Shown: in pieces, positions 50,600 to 61,743 of the stretch
Layout of the letters: the number at the start of each line of letters is the position of its first letter
How positions within the stretch are numbered: position 1 is the stretch's first letter
Assembly (NCBI GenBank): GCA_034521595.1
Contig: JAXHMG010000003.1
Coordinates: forward strand, 1,696,001 to 1,760,000
Length of the DNA: 64,000 nt
Direction of reading: 5' to 3'
From: Gemmatimonadota bacterium
GTDB taxonomy: Bacteria > Gemmatimonadota > Gemmatimonadetes > Longimicrobiales > Gaopeijiaceae
Notes under the pieces: model-generated
The model's input: only the letters and a program-made list of their open reading frames with translations
What the model was told of the DNA's origin: nothing
Databases searched by the model: none
Translations under genes and position numbers: made by a program

Positions 50600-50608
50600 A
50601 AGCTAACA
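50600..50608 (-). promoter_or_regulatory. Possible extended -10 element (TGtTAGCTT) upstream of asnS
   Basis: Minus-strand motif in the recG-asnS intergenic gap. Confidence 0.35.
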
Positions 50609-50667
50609 GCCCGTGGGTGAGATCTGGTAGCCATGGGCGGGAATACCACGGGCTGCAAGCCAGCCCA

Positions 50668-52761
50668 TCACCCCACGCCGAACATCTCCAACCGGTCGCC
50701 GTAACGATCGAAGAGAAGTTCCCGGATGCGCGCGTGCTCGGGACGCTCCAGGTCCGGATCGGCATCGATCAGCGCCCTTGCTTCGCGCTGCGCCATCTCC
50801 ACGATCCGCTCGTCGGTCATGAGGTTCGCGTAGCGCAACGAGGGGTCGCGTCCGTGCTGCCGGCTCCCGAAGAGGTCGCCTTCTCCCCGGATCCGCAGAT
50901 CGGCCCGGGCCACTTCGAAGCCGTCCGCCGTGTCACGAAAGATCTCGAGCCGTTCGCTCGCCTCCTCTCCGGCGTCGGCGACCAGGATACAATGGCTCTC
51001 GGCGTTGCCCCGGCCCACACGACCTCGTAACTGGTGCAACTGGGACAATCCGAACCGCTCGGCGTGCTCGATCACCATCACGCTCGCGTTCGGCACGTCG
51101 ATGCCGACTTCGATCACCGTGGTCGCCACGAGCACGTCGATCTCCCCGGCCAGGAAGGCGCGCATCACCCGATCCTTGTCGGCGGCGGAGAGCTGACCGT
51201 GCAAGAGCCCCAGCCGGCGTCGCGGAAACACGTCCGTGCGCAGCCGCTCGAACTCCTCCGTGGCCGCCAGCAGGTCGACCTTCTCGGACTCGGCGACCAG
51301 CGGATACACGAGATACGCTTGGCGTCCCTCCTCGATCTGCCGCTCCACGAATCCGTAGACCTGAGCGCGTCGGTCGGAGGTGCGAAGCGTGGTGACGACG
51401 GGCTTCCTCCCGGGCGGGAGCTCGTCCACGACGCTCAAGTCGAGGTCCCCGTAGAGCGCGAGCGCCATCGATCGGGGGATCGGAGTGGCGGACATGACGA
51501 GGACGTCCGGGACGTCGTCATCCCGTTCGAGCAGAGCCATGCGTTGCCGGACACCGAAGCGGTGCTGCTCGTCGACGACCACGAGGCCGAGTCGGTGAAA
51601 CGCGACGGTTTCCTGGATGAGCGCATGCGTGCCGACCACGAGCCCCGCCCGGCCCGAGGCCACTCGGGACAACGCATCCTTTCGGTCCGCGGTGCTCAGG
51701 CTCCCCGATAGGAGGGTCACTTCCACGCCGAGCGGCTCGACGAGCTCTCGCACGCGGCGCGCGTGCTGCTCGGCGAGGATCTCCGTGGGCGCCATGAGCG
51801 CGGCCTGATATCCCCCCTCCACCGCGATCAGCATGGCGAAGAGCGCCACCAACGTCTTGCCGGAGCCGACGTCCCCTTGCAACAGCCGGCTCATTCGGCG
51901 TGCCGATACCATGTCCGCGGAGATGTCGCGGAGCACCCGTGCCTGCGCCTCGGTGAGTGAAAAGGGAAGCGAATCGTGGAGTGGCCGCACCAGCGCGTTC
52001 GTGCGCTCGTGACGGATGCCCGGCCTCGTCTCGAGCGCGTCCCGGCGCGCGCGAGCCTGCACGAGCTGGAGGAAGAACAGCTCGTCGAACGCCAGCCTCC
52101 TCCGCCCTTCCTCCGCTTCCGTCGGGTCGCGCGGGCGATGCAATCGCCGCATGGCCTCCGGAAGGCCAACCAATCCCAGACGCTCCCGTGCGGCTTCGTC
52201 CAGATACTCGTCCTCTTCGACCCAGGCGAGGAGCGCGTCGAGATTGCGCTCGAAGATGTTTCGAAGCACCCACTGTGGCACCGCATCGCTGGCCGGATAC
52301 GTGACGAAGACGGTCCCGCCACGGCCGGTCTCGTCTCCCTCTCGGCCCAACACCGTGAATTCCCGGGGCTGCAGCTGCCGGCCGTGAAAGAACTTGACCG
52401 GACCCGACACGAGGAGGCGGTCTCCGGGACGGATCTTCCGGTCGAGCCAGGGTTGGCCCGGCCAGGCCACGGTCACCAGACCCGAGTCGTCCTGCACCAC
52501 GGCCTGGAAGATCCGCAAACCGCTACGTGTCGGGATGACCCCCTTGCTTCGGACCGAGCCCACGACCGTGACGTCCATGCCCACGTCCACCTGTCCGATC
52601 GGCGTGACGGAGGACGCGTCGTCGTAACGGCGGGGCACATGGTACAGCATGTCTCGCGCGGTCGCGACGCCGAGGCCCGCGAGGGCATCCGCACGCTTGG
52701 GACCAACCCCCTTGAGGAACTGGACCGGTCCGTCGAGGCGCGAGTACCGTCCCACCGTCAA
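50668..52761 (-). CDS. recG: ATP-dependent DNA helicase RecG
   Basis: QGDVGSGKT, DEQHRFG, MSATPIPR, QLRGRVGRG. Confidence 0.97.
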   Translation of the reverse strand: MTVGRYSRLDGPVQFLKGVGPKRADALAGLGVATARDMLYHVPRRYDDASSVTPIGQVDVGMDVTVVGSVRSKGVIPTRSGLRIFQAVVQDDSGLVTVAWPGQPWLDRKIRPGDRLLVSGPVKFFHGRQLQPREFTVLGREGDETGRGGTVFVTYPASDAVPQWVLRNIFERNLDALLAWVEEDEYLDEAARERLGLVGLPEAMRRLHRPRDPTEAEEGRRRLAFDELFFLQLVQARARRDALETRPGIRHERTNALVRPLHDSLPFSLTEAQARVLRDISADMVSARRMSRLLQGDVGSGKTLVALFAMLIAVEGGYQAALMAPTEILAEQHARRVRELVEPLGVEVTLLSGSLSTADRKDALSRVASGRAGLVVGTHALIQETVAFHRLGLVVVDEQHRFGVRQRMALLERDDDVPDVLVMSATPIPRSMALALYGDLDLSVVDELPPGRKPVVTTLRTSDRRAQVYGFVERQIEEGRQAYLVYPLVAESEKVDLLAATEEFERLRTDVFPRRRLGLLHGQLSAADKDRVMRAFLAGEIDVLVATTVIEVGIDVPNASVMVIEHAERFGLSQLHQLRGRVGRGNAESHCILVADAGEEASERLEIFRDTADGFEVARADLRIRGEGDLFGSRQHGRDPSLRYANLMTDERIVEMAQREARALIDADPDLERPEHARIRELLFDRYGDRLEMFGVG

Positions 52762-53681
52762 CCGCCGGAGACGGCCTCGATGAACGCATCGACGTCGAGG
52801 GTCTCGAGGTCCTCGAGCTTCTCGCCGGTGCCCACGAGCTTGACGGGGACCCCGAACTCCTCTTGCAGAGCCACCACGATCCCGCCGCGGGCCGAGGAGT
52901 CCATCTTGGCCAGCACGATCCCGCTCACGTCCACCACCTTCTTGAAGGCCTCGAGTTGCCGAACGGCGTTCTGTCCCACCGTCGCGTCGAGCACCAGCAA
53001 CGTTTCGTGCGGTGGTCCTCCCAGCTTCCGGCGGACCACGCGGTCGATCTTCTCGAGCTCCTGCATGAGGCTTCGATTCGTGTGGAGGCGGCCCGCCGTA
53101 TCGATGAGGAGCACGTCCACCCCACGCGCTTCGGCCGCCTCCAACGCATCGAACGCGACGGCCGCCGGATCACCCCCCTGCTGGCCCTTGAGGAAGTCCG
53201 CGCCGATGCGCTTCGCCCACATCTCGAGCTGAGCCACGGCTCCCGCCCTGAAGGTGTCGGCCGCGGCCACCATCACCCGTTTTCCGTCCTCCACCAGGAA
53301 GTGGGCGAGCTTCGCTACCGACGTGGTTTTCCCCACTCCGTTCACCCCCACGATGAGATAGACGGTGGTTCCCGAGTCGGCAGCGTGGAGCTCGGCCTCC
53401 CGAGCCGGCTCGAGGATAGCGGATATCTCGTCGTGCAGAGTCTTCGCCACCCCGTCGCCACCACGCGCCTTTCCGCGGCGCACCGCCTCCTCTACGTGGT
53501 CGACGAGGCGCAGCGTCGCCGGTACTCCGAAGTCCGCCGCGAGCAGGCGTTCCTCGAGGTCCTCCAACGACGTCTGGTCCACCCCCTTGGCGACCACGCG
53601 TACATCCGTGAGCGCCAGGTCGACCACCCGTTGCCAGAGTCCCTTCTTTTTCTCGAGCTTCTTCTTGAAAAGGCGTGCCAT
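52758..53681 (-). CDS. ftsY: SRP receptor FtsY (short NG form)
   Basis: GVNGVGKTT, DTFRAGA, DTAGR, GTGE; start ATG 53681. Confidence 0.96.
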   Translation of the reverse strand: MARLFKKKLEKKKGLWQRVVDLALTDVRVVAKGVDQTSLEDLEERLLAADFGVPATLRLVDHVEEAVRRGKARGGDGVAKTLHDEISAILEPAREAELHAADSGTTVYLIVGVNGVGKTTSVAKLAHFLVEDGKRVMVAAADTFRAGAVAQLEMWAKRIGADFLKGQQGGDPAAVAFDALEAAEARGVDVLLIDTAGRLHTNRSLMQELEKIDRVVRRKLGGPPHETLLVLDATVGQNAVRQLEAFKKVVDVSGIVLAKMDSSARGGIVVALQEEFGVPVKLVGTGEKLEDLETLDVDAFIEAVSGG

Positions 53682-53695
53682 CTTCCTCTCGATTG

Positions 53696-55648
53696 TCAGC
53701 GTAAGCCGGATTTGCGGCGCCCGACCCACTCGGCCGCCAGCAGCCCGATGATCAGCAGATACGGCCACGGGAGCGTACGGAGCGGTCGGTCCCCACCTCC
53801 GAGCTCACGCGAGGAGGATCGGGGGAGCTCCAACTCGTCGGGATCCACCGCGGCCGGAAGCATGTCGGCCGTGGTCGTCGAGACGTCGAAGCGGCCGCCC
53901 GACACGCTGTCTGCGGCCGAATCGAGGACCGTGTAACGGTATGCGCCCACGTCCATCGGACCGGTGGCGACCACGCCGGCGTCAGCGAACAGGGTGTCTC
54001 GCACGACCTCCCCGGCACTCTCGTCCCCATCCATGTCCGGTGCGCGTCGGACGCGCACCCGCACGCCCGCTCGGTCCGGCGGGATACGCCACTCCACCGG
54101 CTCTCCTCGCGGCACCACGAGACTCGTGGGGCGCACATCCGTACCGGCCACCGAGGGCTCGCGGAGCAGCCACCCCGCGACGCCGGCCCAAAGAGCCCGA
54201 TAGGCGCCCCGTCCGCGTGCCGACCACCGCCAGAATCCCGAAGCGAGCACGAAGGCGGTGCGCCCCCGTTCCTCGACCCGCAGATACAGCGGAGCCTCTC
54301 CCGGTTCGGCACTCTCCCGCTGCACCAGAAGCGGCCGGAGGAGCCCGTCCGCTTCGGGCGCGACCAAGAGGTTGCGGAGCGGAGGCAGGTCCTCCGGGAA
54401 CATACCGGCGAGCTCACCCGCGATCGGCGACGCCGGCACCTCGGGAACGACATACCATTCACCCGAGCGGGGCGACGTCGTCGCCAAGCCGAGCGCTTCG
54501 GCGGCGTCCTGGTCCGTGACGAACACGAGCTTGCGCGTCCCCGGCTCGGCCAGCGCGCGCTCCCACGGAGAAAGGTCGGCGTGCATGCCGTGAAGCACCA
54601 GGAGATCGGCTCCCCTCACGGCCCGTCGAACGGTGGCCGAGTCCACGGGGATACCACGATCCGCCGCCCGTCCCATGGTCACGAACCGATCCGCACCCGC
54701 TCGCAGGTATCCGCGGGGGGCCAGGCCCGTCGTACGCTCCAGGACGGGCAGGAGATACCGCGGTTCCCAGTCCGGGCGGAGCGACACGAGGACCACCCCA
54801 CCCTCCTCGTCCAGCCCCACCCGGCCGTACGCGGATGCACGGTCGTCCAATGCGAATCCGTCCGCGTGATCGGACAGAACCGCTTCGTACCGGAGCAGCC
54901 CCGGCTCGGAAGCGGGCGGCAACGCAACTTCGACGGTACGCCGCAACCCCTGCGTCGGGGCCGGCACCCTCGTTTCGGTGACCGCGCGCCCCTCTTCACG
55001 GATCTCGAGCTTCAGGGTATCGCCGCTACCCCCGCCGTGCACGTCCACGAACGCCGTCCCGTCCGCCTGCCGGTCCGAGCGATCCTCCACTTCGAGGCCG
55101 AGCACACCGGCGTTCAGCACGGACGCACCGGCCGACTCGAAGGCAACGGTAGCGGGCAGGGCATCGAGCACCCCGCGGACCTCCACCCGGTCCTCGATGC
55201 GCATGTCCGACAGCACCCGGATGTTCCGCGCGCCCCCTTCGGCCGCGAGCGTCAGCGCCGGAGCGAGCCGGGTCGCGGACGCTTCCGGGCGGACGGCTTC
55301 GAGTGAGTCGGCGAGCTCGACGTCCGCCCCGAACGTAACGACCCGCCACCCCTCGTCACGGAGCTCCTCGGCACGCGCGGAGGCGACCCGCCAGGGAGTC
55401 TCGGGCCCTTCCCCGGCCGTCATGCTGAGGGAAGCGTCGAGGAGGACCCAGCGGGCAGACGAGCCCGCCAGACGCGACCCCGGCGCCGGCAGATCCAGAA
55501 GGAGCGCCAGAAGCACGATCAGGGTCGCCGCGCGGAGCGGCCAGAGAAAGCGCCGTCCGGCCACCGGAAGCTCCATGCTCCGGTACACCCAGCGGGCATA
55601 TCCGACGGCGCCTGCGCCGAGGAGGACGAAGAGGGCCCAGCGCATCAT
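53696..55648 (-). CDS. Membrane protein with a VWA-like domain
   Basis: N-terminal TM helices (LRAATL), LDASLSM MIDAS-like motif, VLSD, C-terminal TM ending AEWVGRRKSGLR. Confidence 0.7.
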   Translation of the reverse strand: MMRWALFVLLGAGAVGYARWVYRSMELPVAGRRFLWPLRAATLIVLLALLLDLPAPGSRLAGSSARWVLLDASLSMTAGEGPETPWRVASARAEELRDEGWRVVTFGADVELADSLEAVRPEASATRLAPALTLAAEGGARNIRVLSDMRIEDRVEVRGVLDALPATVAFESAGASVLNAGVLGLEVEDRSDRQADGTAFVDVHGGGSGDTLKLEIREEGRAVTETRVPAPTQGLRRTVEVALPPASEPGLLRYEAVLSDHADGFALDDRASAYGRVGLDEEGGVVLVSLRPDWEPRYLLPVLERTTGLAPRGYLRAGADRFVTMGRAADRGIPVDSATVRRAVRGADLLVLHGMHADLSPWERALAEPGTRKLVFVTDQDAAEALGLATTSPRSGEWYVVPEVPASPIAGELAGMFPEDLPPLRNLLVAPEADGLLRPLLVQRESAEPGEAPLYLRVEERGRTAFVLASGFWRWSARGRGAYRALWAGVAGWLLREPSVAGTDVRPTSLVVPRGEPVEWRIPPDRAGVRVRVRRAPDMDGDESAGEVVRDTLFADAGVVATGPMDVGAYRYTVLDSAADSVSGGRFDVSTTTADMLPAAVDPDELELPRSSSRELGGGDRPLRTLPWPYLLIIGLLAAEWVGRRKSGLR

Positions 55649-55718
55649 TCAACCGCCGAGCCGGATTCCACCCCGGTCCGGAACATCACCGTGTCCGGCT
55701 CGGTCCGGAGCGAAACGC

Positions 55719-57092
55719 CTACCGCTCGCCTCCGTCGTTCTCGAGCTCGATCGTCTCGAGCAGCCCCTCGCCGGCATTGCCGGCTACGGAACCGGCGCTG
55801 CCCTCGGCCTCCTCGACATCCAAGGCCGCCGTGCGCACCGGGCCCGCCCCCGGGATCGCTTCGAGCAGCGCGACCCTGGCCATCATCTCGTCCATCCACC
55901 GCATCATGTCGTCCGCCGGAACCGGATCTCCCGCGGGCAGATCCACCGAAAGGGGGTCGATGTGCCGCCCACTTCGAATCATCTCGTAGTGGAGATGCGG
56001 TCCGGTGGCCAGGCCCGTCTGACCCACATACCCGATGACGTCACCCTGCTGCACCCTCGTGCCCTGAACAACGTCCCGACTAAAGCCGCTCAGGTGTCCG
56101 TATCGGGTCACGAAGCCGTTGGGGTGGCGGATCACGATCGCGTTCCCGAGGCCACCCTTGCGTCCGCGGTGGGTCACCACGCCGTCGGACGTGGCCATGA
56201 TCTCCGTCCCGGTGTCCGCCGCGTAGTCCACGCCTCGATGCGCGCGCCACCGATCCAGCACCGGGTGGTAGCGGGAGTTGGTGAAGCGCGAGGAGATACG
56301 CCGATACGCGAGCGGCTTGAGAAGGAACGCCCGCCGCACGGACTTCCCCTCCAAGTCGAAATACGAGCCTTCTCCGTCGCCGTTCGGGTCGAACCAGATC
56401 GCGTGATACGCGGTGCCGCTGTTCACCAGCTCCGCCGAAAGGAGCCGTCCCGAGCGCAGCGATCCGTCCGGACGCACCTCCCGCTCGAACGCGAACCGGT
56501 AGGTGTCACCCACCCGAATCTGCCGGCTGAAGTCCACCTGCCACTGAAAGACCCGGTCCAGGTAGTCGATCAGGCGATTCCGGTCCGCGACCGGCATCGA
56601 CTGCAGATCGTCGTTTCTGATCACGGAGGTCCAGAGCACACTTTCGATCGACCCCGATGCATAGAGCGTATCGACGTAGACCGGTGTTTCCACGAGGTCC
56701 GCGGACCAGCCGCTCGCAGCACGCTTCAGGCGCACCGTCTCGTCGCGGTTTATTTCGACGTCGACGGCACGTAACTCCTCCTGGGTCCGGAGATAACGAA
56801 AAGTGACCTCGGTTCCCGGACGCATTCGCCGTGGGCTGGCATGCTCACGGAACGCGAGTAAGAGCGACGCTTGCTCGTTGGCCCCTAAACGTCCCCCCAA
56901 CAGCTCGCCGAACGTCTGGCCGGACCCCAACTCGTGGATGTCGACGCGCTCCGCCGGAGGCACCTGCACGGGATCGAGCACCCCGACCTCGGGCACCTCA
57001 CCGAACTCGCAGGCCGATAGCCCGACCGCAGTCAGCACGGCCAGGGCCAGGGCCAGTCGGCCGACGCTCGTCGAATGTGGGGACCTTCGCAC
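55719..57092 (-). CDS. M23 family metallopeptidase (MepM-like), probable lipoprotein
   Basis: HRGVDYAA, YGHLS, TGPHLHYE; lipobox LSAC. Confidence 0.92.
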   Translation of the reverse strand: MRRSPHSTSVGRLALALAVLTAVGLSACEFGEVPEVGVLDPVQVPPAERVDIHELGSGQTFGELLGGRLGANEQASLLLAFREHASPRRMRPGTEVTFRYLRTQEELRAVDVEINRDETVRLKRAASGWSADLVETPVYVDTLYASGSIESVLWTSVIRNDDLQSMPVADRNRLIDYLDRVFQWQVDFSRQIRVGDTYRFAFEREVRPDGSLRSGRLLSAELVNSGTAYHAIWFDPNGDGEGSYFDLEGKSVRRAFLLKPLAYRRISSRFTNSRYHPVLDRWRAHRGVDYAADTGTEIMATSDGVVTHRGRKGGLGNAIVIRHPNGFVTRYGHLSGFSRDVVQGTRVQQGDVIGYVGQTGLATGPHLHYEMIRSGRHIDPLSVDLPAGDPVPADDMMRWMDEMMARVALLEAIPGAGPVRTAALDVEEAEGSAGSVAGNAGEGLLETIELENDGGER

Positions 57093-57120
57093 GCGCGATC
57101 ACTCCGGGTTCGAGAGTCAG

Positions 57121-58338
57121 TCAATCCATCTGGCGGCGAATGAACGTCGGGATGTCCAGCCCGGCGATCTGGTTCCGGGAGATGGTACGCTCCGGGAACC
57201 GGCCCACCGGCGCAACTTCCTCGGCGCTCGCACCACCCGCGACCGCGACGCGCGCCGGAGCCCGCTGGGGCGCCTCGACTTCTTCCGACGTCGACGGCTC
57301 CGGCGCGGGTGCCGGCTTCGCCTGCTTCGGCGCACGGTTCCGCCGAAAACCTCCGGGAATGACTTTGTCGTCATTCTCCTGATCGAAGCCGGTGGCGATC
57401 ACGGTGACGCGCACCTTTCCTTCGAGCGACGGATCGTGGACCGCCCCGAAGATGATCTCCGCCTCATCACCGGATTCTTCCTGAATAATCGAAGATATCG
57501 TGGTGACCTCGTCAATGGCGAGGTCCATTCCACCGCTGATGTTGATGAGCACCCCCCGCGCTCCGCTGATCGAGATATCGTCGAGCAAGGGAGAGGAGAT
57601 CGCTTCCTGCGCAGCCTCCTGGGCACGATTGTCCCCTTCGCCGAAACCGGATCCCATGAGGGCCGGGCCGCGCGCCGACATGACGGTGCGCACGTCCGCG
57701 AAGTCCACGTTGACTTCCCCGGTCACGCTGATGAGGTCGGAGATCCCCTGTGTCGCGTTGAGGAGCACTTCGTCGGCCTTCTTCAGCGCGTCGCGGAACG
57801 AAGTCCCTTTCGGCACGACCGACAGGAGCCGGTCGTTCGGGACGAGGATCATCGTGTCGACGCAGCGCCGGAGCTCCGCCAGGCCCTGCTGCGCCTGCCG
57901 CTCGCGCTTCTTCCCCTCGAACGAGAAGGGCTTCGTCACGATGCCGATCGTGAGCGCGCCCAGATCGCGGGCGATCTCGGCGACGAGCGGCGCCGCACCC
58001 GTCCCCGTGCCTCCGCCCATGCCCCCGGTGACGAAGACCAGATCCGCCCCCTCGAGGGCGCTGCGCACCTCCTCTTCACTCTCGGCCAGCGCCTGGCGTC
58101 CGACCTCGGGACGGGCGCCGGCCCCCAGCCCACGTGTGAGCTTCTTGCCGATCTGCAGCGTGACCTGCGCCCGGGAGGTCTTCAAGGCCTGCGCATCCGT
58201 GTTCAGCGAGATGAACTCCACCCCGTCGAGCTCTTCGTCGATCATACGGTTCACGGCGTTTCCTCCGGCGCCGCCGACGCCGACCACCTTCATGTGCGCG
58301 TTCCGTACGGGCGTTTCTTCGAATTCGAAGATCATCAT
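57121..58338 (-). CDS. ftsZ: Cell division GTPase FtsZ
   Basis: [22 protein letters not shown]-terminal DIPTFIRR. Confidence 0.98.
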   Translation of the reverse strand: MMIFEFEETPVRNAHMKVVGVGGAGGNAVNRMIDEELDGVEFISLNTDAQALKTSRAQVTLQIGKKLTRGLGAGARPEVGRQALAESEEEVRSALEGADLVFVTGGMGGGTGTGAAPLVAEIARDLGALTIGIVTKPFSFEGKKRERQAQQGLAELRRCVDTMILVPNDRLLSVVPKGTSFRDALKKADEVLLNATQGISDLISVTGEVNVDFADVRTVMSARGPALMGSGFGEGDNRAQEAAQEAISSPLLDDISISGARGVLINISGGMDLAIDEVTTISSIIQEESGDEAEIIFGAVHDPSLEGKVRVTVIATGFDQENDDKVIPGGFRRNRAPKQAKPAPAPEPSTSEEVEAPQRAPARVAVAGGASAEEVAPVGRFPERTISRNQIAGLDIPTFIRRQMD

Positions 58339-58360
58339 GTCTTCTCCTGTTGCGAGTGGA

Positions 58361-59590
58361 TTAAAAGAATTCCTTCAACCAGGTGCCGAGCTTCGTCAGC
58401 ACCCCGGACGTGACCGTCGAAGCCCCTTTGCCCGTTTCGGCGAAGCGATCGGCGCCCCACAGGGAAAGCCCGGCCGCCACGGCGAAACGCGGACGGCCCA
58501 CGGAGTCGGCCAGGCCACCGAGCCCTTCGTCCGGCACCCCGAGACGCACCGGACAGGCGAACACCTGCTGGCCCAGCTCGACCAGGCCCGGGACGGCGGC
58601 CGTGCCTCCGGTGAGGACGATGCCCGCGCCGAGACGATCGAGGAGGCCCTGCTCGTCGAGCTCCTGCTGGACGAGGCCGAAGATCTCGTCGAGCCGTTGC
58701 TCGAGGATGTGCGCGATGAGCTCGCGTGCGACCGCGCGGGTCTGACCCGGTGCGGGCCCCGGGAGCTCGATCGTCTCGCGCGGATCCACGAGCTCACTGA
58801 ACGCGACCCCGAACTTCTCCTTGGCGCGGCGTGCCTCCCCGTACGGGATCGACAACCCCCGGACCAGGTCGGTCGTGAGCGTCGCCCCCCCGACCGGAAG
58901 AATCGATACGTGCTGGACTTTCCCTTCGTAGTAGGCCGCGATGTCGGTGGTCGACGCCCCGATCTCGACCATCGCCACGCCGACTTCCTTCTCGTCCTCG
59001 GTCAGGACCGCGCGGGCGCCGGCGAGCGGCTCGAGCACCATCTCCTGCACCCGATACCCGGCCCGATTCACGGCCTTGCGAAGGTTGGCGGACGCCGTGA
59101 CCTGACAGGTAACCAGGAAGACTTCGGACTCGAGGCGCACACCCGCCATCCCCAGGGGATCCTTGATGCCCTCCTGGAGGTCGACCCGGTACTCTTGGGG
59201 AATCGCGTGGACCATCTCGCGATCCGGCGGAAGCGCCACGGCTCGTGCGACGATGTGAACCCGCTCGACATCGTCCGTGGTCACCTCGTCGTTCGAGATC
59301 GCGACCACGCCCATCGAGCTCGACGCACGCACGTGGTCGCCTCCGATGCCGGCGTACACCCGGTCGATGTTGACCCCGGCCATGAGCTCGGCTTCCTTCA
59401 CGGCCGACCGAACGGACTCGGTCATCTCGTCGATGTTCGTGACCATGTCTCCACGCAGCCCGCTGGTGCGTGCCTGCCCAACGCCCAGGATGGTCAGCCC
59501 CGGCCGCCGTGGATCCGTCGAAACCTCGCCGATGACCGCGCACGTGCGCGTCGTTCCGATGTCGAGTCCCGCGATGAGGTTGGAGCGCAT
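58361..59590 (-). CDS. ftsA: Cell division protein FtsA
   Basis: [23 protein letters not shown]-terminal amphipathic WLKEFF. Confidence 0.97.
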   Translation of the reverse strand: MRSNLIAGLDIGTTRTCAVIGEVSTDPRRPGLTILGVGQARTSGLRGDMVTNIDEMTESVRSAVKEAELMAGVNIDRVYAGIGGDHVRASSSMGVVAISNDEVTTDDVERVHIVARAVALPPDREMVHAIPQEYRVDLQEGIKDPLGMAGVRLESEVFLVTCQVTASANLRKAVNRAGYRVQEMVLEPLAGARAVLTEDEKEVGVAMVEIGASTTDIAAYYEGKVQHVSILPVGGATLTTDLVRGLSIPYGEARRAKEKFGVAFSELVDPRETIELPGPAPGQTRAVARELIAHILEQRLDEIFGLVQQELDEQGLLDRLGAGIVLTGGTAAVPGLVELGQQVFACPVRLGVPDEGLGGLADSVGRPRFAVAAGLSLWGADRFAETGKGASTVTSGVLTKLGTWLKEFF

Positions 59591-59600
59591 AGCAGTACCG

Positions 59601-60338
59601 TCACTGTCCACGAGTGCGGCGGACCACCACCTGGTCCGCGAATCTCAGATCGATTTCTTCCGGTGGGTCGGTCGGACGCCGGCCCATCGCGTCCGCGAGA
59701 GCGGACAGCCCTTCACGGAGGCGTGCCGGAGGCGTTCCGGCGGGGAGCAGGAAGTCGACCGGCGGCTCCGTCCAGCGGAGGCGCAGAGACCCGTCGTCCC
59801 GCCATCCCAGCTCGGACACCCTCTGCAGGAACGCGGTGTCCGCGGCCATGATGCGTCCGATTTCCCGAGCGAGCGCCCGCACTTCGTCCGGAACGACAGG
59901 CGAGCCGCTGGCCGGCGTGCGATCGGTCGTGAGCACGGGTAGGTCGAGCCGGTGTGACGAGGGATCCACCGGAAGGCGGTGGCCCTCCACGTCGATCGGC
60001 TCCAGCGTGGGTGTGGGTGCGAGCGCGACCGGACGGCGCTCGCTCACCTCCACGGTGAGTCCATCGGGAAAACGGCGAGACACGGTGGCCTCCTCGATCA
60101 TCGGATGCTCTTCGACCCGCTGTTCCCAAACGGTCGCGTCACTCCAGATCGAGCTCGTCGGCTCGAGAGCGAGCAGACCCACGAGCTCGTCGTCGTCCAC
60201 GAGGCGCACGCCACGCACTTCGACCTGCTCGACACGGAAGGTATCCATCTCGGTGACGAAGTCCGTTCCGTGCTCCCAGGCCAGAAATCCACCACCCAGC
60301 ACCAACGTGCCCAGGAGGATGCGTACATCCCTACGCAT
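59601..60338 (-). CDS. ftsQ: Cell division protein FtsQ/DivIB
   Basis: TM helix, POTRA (RRFPDGLTVEVSER), IDLRF; position between murC and ftsA. Confidence 0.9.
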   Translation of the reverse strand: MRRDVRILLGTLVLGGGFLAWEHGTDFVTEMDTFRVEQVEVRGVRLVDDDELVGLLALEPTSSIWSDATVWEQRVEEHPMIEEATVSRRFPDGLTVEVSERRPVALAPTPTLEPIDVEGHRLPVDPSSHRLDLPVLTTDRTPASGSPVVPDEVRALAREIGRIMAADTAFLQRVSELGWRDDGSLRLRWTEPPVDFLLPAGTPPARLREGLSALADAMGRRPTDPPEEIDLRFADQVVVRRTRGQ

Positions 60339-61743
60339 GAGCGCCCTCCTTCAGGTGCTCGAGAACTTGCCGGCCCGAGTCCTCGATCGAGCCGGCGCCC
60401 ATCGTGACGAGGACGTCGCCTTCGCGAAGCGTGGAAGCCAGGGTTGCCGCGAGAGTCTCGAGCCGGGGATGGGAGTGGACGGCGGCCGCACCGGCAGCGC
60501 GTGCCGCATCGACCACGGTCTCTCCGGAAACGCCCGGAATGGGCTCCTCCCGGGCAGGAAAAACGTCGGTCACCCAGATCTCGTCGGCGCCGGCGAGGGC
60601 GCGTCCGAACTCCCGCGCGAAGTCTCGGGTCCGTGAGTACAGGTGGGGCTGGAAGGCCGCCACCAGACGCCGGCCCGGGAACGCCCCCCGTATGCCTTCC
60701 ACCGTCGCGGCGATTTCGGTCGGATGGTGTGCGTAGTCGTCGATCACGGTCACGCCCCCGACGGTGCCGAGTCGCTCGAACCGCCTGCCGACCCCGGAAA
60801 ATCCGGCCAGTGCGTCCACGATCGGGGACCACGGCACACCCAGGCCCCGCGCGGCTGCGGCCGCGCCGAGGGCGTTCAGCAGGTTGTGGCGCCCCGGAAC
60901 GGGAAGCTCGAGGACGCCGCGGTCGACCCCGTCTTCGGTCACCCGACAACGGATCCGCCCTTCTCGAGCCTCGACGTCGTAGGCCCGGAGCATCGCGCCC
61001 GCCTTGGTGCCGTACGTGTAGCCGGACGCCGCGAACTCGGGAAGGACCGAGGCGGCGCCATGGTCGTCAGCGCATACCACGATCCGTCCGCCGTTCTTGA
61101 CCCCGCGCAGAAACGCGCGGAAGCCCTCCCGGACGCCCTCGAGATCCCCGTAAACGTCGAGATGGTCGGCTTCCACGTTCGTGATCACCGCCACGTCGGG
61201 GCGAAGGGTTAGGAACGACCGGTCGTACTCGTCGGCTTCCACGACGAAGAGGGCATCCGATCCCGCGCGAAGGTTCCCGGCCCACCCGGTGACCCTTCCT
61301 CCCACCAAACCGGTCGGCTCCCTGCCGGCGGCGACCAGGATTTCGGTCGTCATGGCGGTCGTCGTGGTCTTACCGTGCGTCCCCGCCACCCCCACGACCG
61401 TTCCGGAATCGACCCACGACCCGAGTGCTTCCGCACGTTTCAACACCGGGATCCCGAGCGAGCGTGCCCGGGTCAGCTCGGGATGATCGGCCGGCACGGC
61501 CGAAGTCACCACGAGCGCCGCGACGCCGTCGACGTGGTCGGGTGCATGGCCGACATGGAGGCTGACCCCCAGCTCTTCGAGAACGCGAAAGGTCGGGCTC
61601 CGTTTGACGTCACAACCGCTGACCGTCACCCCCTTTCGAGCCAACAGCTCCGCAAGAGCGCACATGCCGGCGCCCCCGATGCCGACGAAGTGGATCGGCC
61701 CGCGGGCCGCCAACTGCCTGAGGTCGTGCTCGGCTGCGGTCAT
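60331..61743 (-). CDS. murC: UDP-N-acetylmuramate-L-alanine ligase
   Basis: GIGGAGM, GTHGKTTT, EADEYD, DDYAHHPTE, FQPHLYSRT. Confidence 0.97.
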   Translation of the reverse strand: MTAAEHDLRQLAARGPIHFVGIGGAGMCALAELLARKGVTVSGCDVKRSPTFRVLEELGVSLHVGHAPDHVDGVAALVVTSAVPADHPELTRARSLGIPVLKRAEALGSWVDSGTVVGVAGTHGKTTTTAMTTEILVAAGREPTGLVGGRVTGWAGNLRAGSDALFVVEADEYDRSFLTLRPDVAVITNVEADHLDVYGDLEGVREGFRAFLRGVKNGGRIVVCADDHGAASVLPEFAASGYTYGTKAGAMLRAYDVEAREGRIRCRVTEDGVDRGVLELPVPGRHNLLNALGAAAAARGLGVPWSPIVDALAGFSGVGRRFERLGTVGGVTVIDDYAHHPTEIAATVEGIRGAFPGRRLVAAFQPHLYSRTRDFAREFGRALAGADEIWVTDVFPAREEPIPGVSGETVVDAARAAGAAAVHSHPRLETLAATLASTLREGDVLVTMGAGSIEDSGRQVLEHLKEGAHA

